NCBI GenBank assembly: GCA_964477265.1
Contig: CAYZDJ010000007.1
Coordinates: 101,165-108,638 of the forward strand
Direction: 5' to 3'
DNA from: an uncultured Chitinophagaceae bacterium
GTDB taxonomy: Bacteria; Bacteroidota; Bacteroidia; Chitinophagales; Chitinophagaceae
Length of the DNA: 7,474 bases
In this document: positions 5,669 to 7,474 of the stretch, piece after piece
Layout of the letters: every line of letters begins with the position of its first letter
Numbering within the stretch: the first letter of the stretch is position 1
Made by a program: the position numbers and the translations under genes
Notes under the pieces: model-generated
Database searches by the model: none
Seen by the model: only the letters and a program-made list of their open reading frames with translations
Told to the model about the DNA's origin: nothing

Positions 5669-7225
5669 ATGAGCATAGCAAAAATTGTGTGGGTTGATGA
5701 TGAAATTGAAAGTCTTCAATCTCAAAAAATGTTTTTAGAAAGTAAAGGTTATGAAGTAATAACCTTTACCAATGGCTTTGAAGGTATTGATTTTGTTAAA
5801 GAAAACATTGTGGATGTAGTCCTGCTTGATGAAAGTATGCCAGGCATTAGCGGTCTTGAAACTTTAGCAAAAATCAAGGAAATCAATCAGCAGATTCCTG
5901 TTGTTCTTATTACAAAAAATGAAACTGAAACCTTAATGGATGAAGCCATTGGTAGCCAGATAAGTGATTACTTGCTAAAGCCTGTAAACCCAAACCAGGT
6001 ATGGCTTTCATTAAAAAAAATAATTGACAATAAAAGGCTGGTTGCTGAAAAAACAACCACTGCATACCAGCAACAATTCAGGGATTTATTTATGGCTTTA
6101 AACAACAACCCTGATTACAACGACTGGATGGAGATTTATAAAAAGCTAGTGTATTGGGAACTTGAAATGGAAAAAAGCAACAGTCCTGAAATGCAGGAGA
6201 TTTTACAACAACAAAAGGAGGAAGCGAATACAGAGTTCTTCAAATTCATCAGCAAGAACTACGCAAAATGGATGAAGCAAAATGCAGTTGATGTACCCAT
6301 AATGAGCCATACATTATTTCAGTTTAAGGTATTGCCACATGTAGAAAAAGGCATTCCAACTTTTTTTATTTTAATAGATAATTTACGTTATGATCAATGG
6401 AAAAGCATACAGCCTATTTTCTCTGAAAGCTTTAGAATTTTAGAGGAGGAAACCTTTTATTCAATTTTACCAACAGCCACACAATACAGTCGTAACGCTA
6501 TTTTCAGTGGAATGTTGCCAATTGATATTGAGAAAAACTTTCCTAACGAATGGAAGAATGATGATGATGAAGGTGGCAAAAATATGTTTGAGGAAACCTT
6601 CTTTAGAAACCAGATAAAACGCTTAAAAAAAGATGATATAAAGTTGAGCTATACAAAAGTTGTTCATCACAATGATGGTCAGAATCTAGTAAATAATATA
6701 CATAATTTATTGAGCAATGACTTGAACGTGATTGTTTACAATTTTGTTGATATGCTAAGCCATGCACGTACCGAAATGGAAGTTTTAAAAGAACTTGCAA
6801 GCGATGAAGCAAGTTATAGAAGTGTTACCAGGTCTTGGTTTGAGCACAGTGCATTGCACCAGGCTCTTAAAAAAATTGCAGATAAAAAAATAAGAATTAT
6901 TGTAGCAACAGATCATGGCACAATGCGTGTAAATACACCACATAAAGTAATTGGCGACAAACAAACCACTGCAAATCTTCGTTATAAACATGGCAGAAAT
7001 TTAAACTATGATGCAAAATCTGTTCTAGCATTTAAAGATCCAAGAGAAGCTGGCCTGCCTGTGCCCAATGTAAATAGCAGTTATATTTTTGCAAAGGAAG
7101 ATGGTTTTTTATGTTATCCCAATAATTATAACCATTATGTAAATTATTATAAAAACACATTTCAGCATGGTGGAATAAGCCTTGAAGAAATGATAATACC
7201 AGTAATAAAAATGGTGAACAAATAG
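5669..7225 (+). CDS. porX: PorX-type orphan response regulator: CheY-like receiver + helical linker + PglZ / alkaline-phosphatase-superfamily domain (T9SS regulator family)
   Basis: 518-aa ORF. The receiver motifs are intact: acidic pocket D10-D11, phospho-acceptor D54 (VVLLDESMPG), T82 (VVLITK) and K104 (LLKPVNPNQ). The C-terminal half carries the PglZ/alkaline-phosphatase metal-site motifs FILIDNLRYDQW, PTATQYSRNAIFSG (nucleophile Thr), NFVDMLSHA and VATDHGT. Length and domain order match P. gingivalis PorX and its Bacteroidota orthologues. Confidence 0.88.
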   Translation: MSIAKIVWVDDEIESLQSQKMFLESKGYEVITFTNGFEGIDFVKENIVDVVLLDESMPGISGLETLAKIKEINQQIPVVLITKNETETLMDEAIGSQISDYLLKPVNPNQVWLSLKKIIDNKRLVAEKTTTAYQQQFRDLFMALNNNPDYNDWMEIYKKLVYWELEMEKSNSPEMQEILQQQKEEANTEFFKFISKNYAKWMKQNAVDVPIMSHTLFQFKVLPHVEKGIPTFFILIDNLRYDQWKSIQPIFSESFRILEEETFYSILPTATQYSRNAIFSGMLPIDIEKNFPNEWKNDDDEGGKNMFEETFFRNQIKRLKKDDIKLSYTKVVHHNDGQNLVNNIHNLLSNDLNVIVYNFVDMLSHARTEMEVLKELASDEASYRSVTRSWFEHSALHQALKKIADKKIRIIVATDHGTMRVNTPHKVIGDKQTTANLRYKHGRNLNYDAKSVLAFKDPREAGLPVPNVNSSYIFAKEDGFLCYPNNYNHYVNYYKNTFQHGGISLEEMIIPVIKMVNK

Positions 7226-7244
7226 TATTATTGCCAATACTATT
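7221..7244 (+). terminator. AT-rich hairpin overlapping the porX stop codon (weak terminator candidate)
   Basis: aatagtatt (7221-7229) and aatactatt (7236-7244) form a perfect 9-bp stem with the 6-nt loop attgcc. There is only one G:C pair and no following T-run, so it is weak as an intrinsic terminator. Confidence 0.2.
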
Positions 7245-7262
7245 GATTGCTAAATTTATAAA

Positions 7263-7474
7263 ATGAATTTAAGTTACTGGGAACTTAAAACATGGTTTAC
7301 CAATGTTGATTATACCATTGTAGGCAGTGGTATTGTTGGCTTGCATTGTGCAATTAATTTACGAGAAAGGTTTCCTGCTGCAAAGATTTTAATTCTTGAA
7401 AAAGGCATATTGCCACAAGGTGGAAGCACCAAGAATGCTGGCTTCGCTTGCTTTGGAAGTGTTTCAGAAATTAT
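7263..7474 (+). CDS. FAD-dependent oxidoreductase (DAO/GxGxxG Rossmann family), 5' partial
   Basis: ATG at 7263 is the first start after an in-frame TAA at 7251-7253. The frame is open to the window edge. Translation is MNLSYWELKTWFTNVDYTIVGSGIVGLHCAINLRERFPAAKILILEKGILPQGGSTKNAGFACFGS. It contains the dinucleotide-binding motif VGSGIVG...LEKG and the GxSxxNAG motif typical of FAD-dependent (DAO-type) oxidoreductases. Confidence 0.8.
   Translation, partial: MNLSYWELKTWFTNVDYTIVGSGIVGLHCAINLRERFPAAKILILEKGILPQGGSTKNAGFACFGSVSEI

Noticed and set aside
6013-6020. A8 homopolymer inside porX (and similar A7-A8 runs in the zinc-ribbon gene) as slipped-strand phase-variation sites
   Set aside because: Runs of this length are expected at high frequency in a genome this AT-rich (Lys AAA codons). 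The frames are intact and nothing indicates heterogeneity.
6603-6991. Two minus-strand ORFs (69 and 68 aa) inside porX
   Set aside because: They are antisense to a CDS with unambiguous REC and PglZ motifs and have no independent support.
5669-7225. PglZ domain as a marker of a BREX-type phage-defence system
   Set aside because: The PglZ domain is fused to a CheY-like receiver with PorX length and architecture. No PglX methyltransferase, BrxA/B/C/L or other BREX component is adjacent, and the flanking genes are housekeeping.

Overview
AT-rich segment (about one-third G+C by eye) that looks like a Bacteroidota chromosome, not a mobile or accessory island. The main taxonomic clue is a PorX-type response regulator (receiver plus PglZ/alkaline-phosphatase domain, the T9SS regulator family). 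TAnnTTTG-type -7 boxes and the lack of Shine-Dalgarno-like sequences agree with this. There are seven coding regions. (1) 1-1424 (-): 5' part of a secreted seven-repeat RCC1-like beta-propeller protein with C-terminal Cys-containing repeats; it has no stop in the window, so it is absent from the ORF track. (2-4) A same-strand cluster at 4744->1686 (-): lipoprotein of unknown function, then an SPFH/Band-7 protein of the YdjI/COG4260 type with a SHOCT tail, then a tail-anchored protein with two zinc ribbons (YdjG-like). (5) 4839-5387 (+): YqgE/AlgH family protein. (6) 5669-7225 (+): PorX-like regulator. (7) 7263-7474 (+): 5' end of a FAD-dependent oxidoreductase. No rRNA, tRNA, CRISPR array, transposase or integrase was seen. 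Two things deserve follow-up. One is a 225-bp AT-rich segment bracketed by ~20-nt inverted repeats that fills the algH-porX gap (candidate inverton or MITE-like insertion upstream of a T9SS regulator). The other is the lipoprotein/SPFH-SHOCT/zinc-ribbon module, which resembles the Bacillus YdjGHI membrane-stress module but has no PspA gene in the window. All homology statements come from motif recognition by eye, not from searches.
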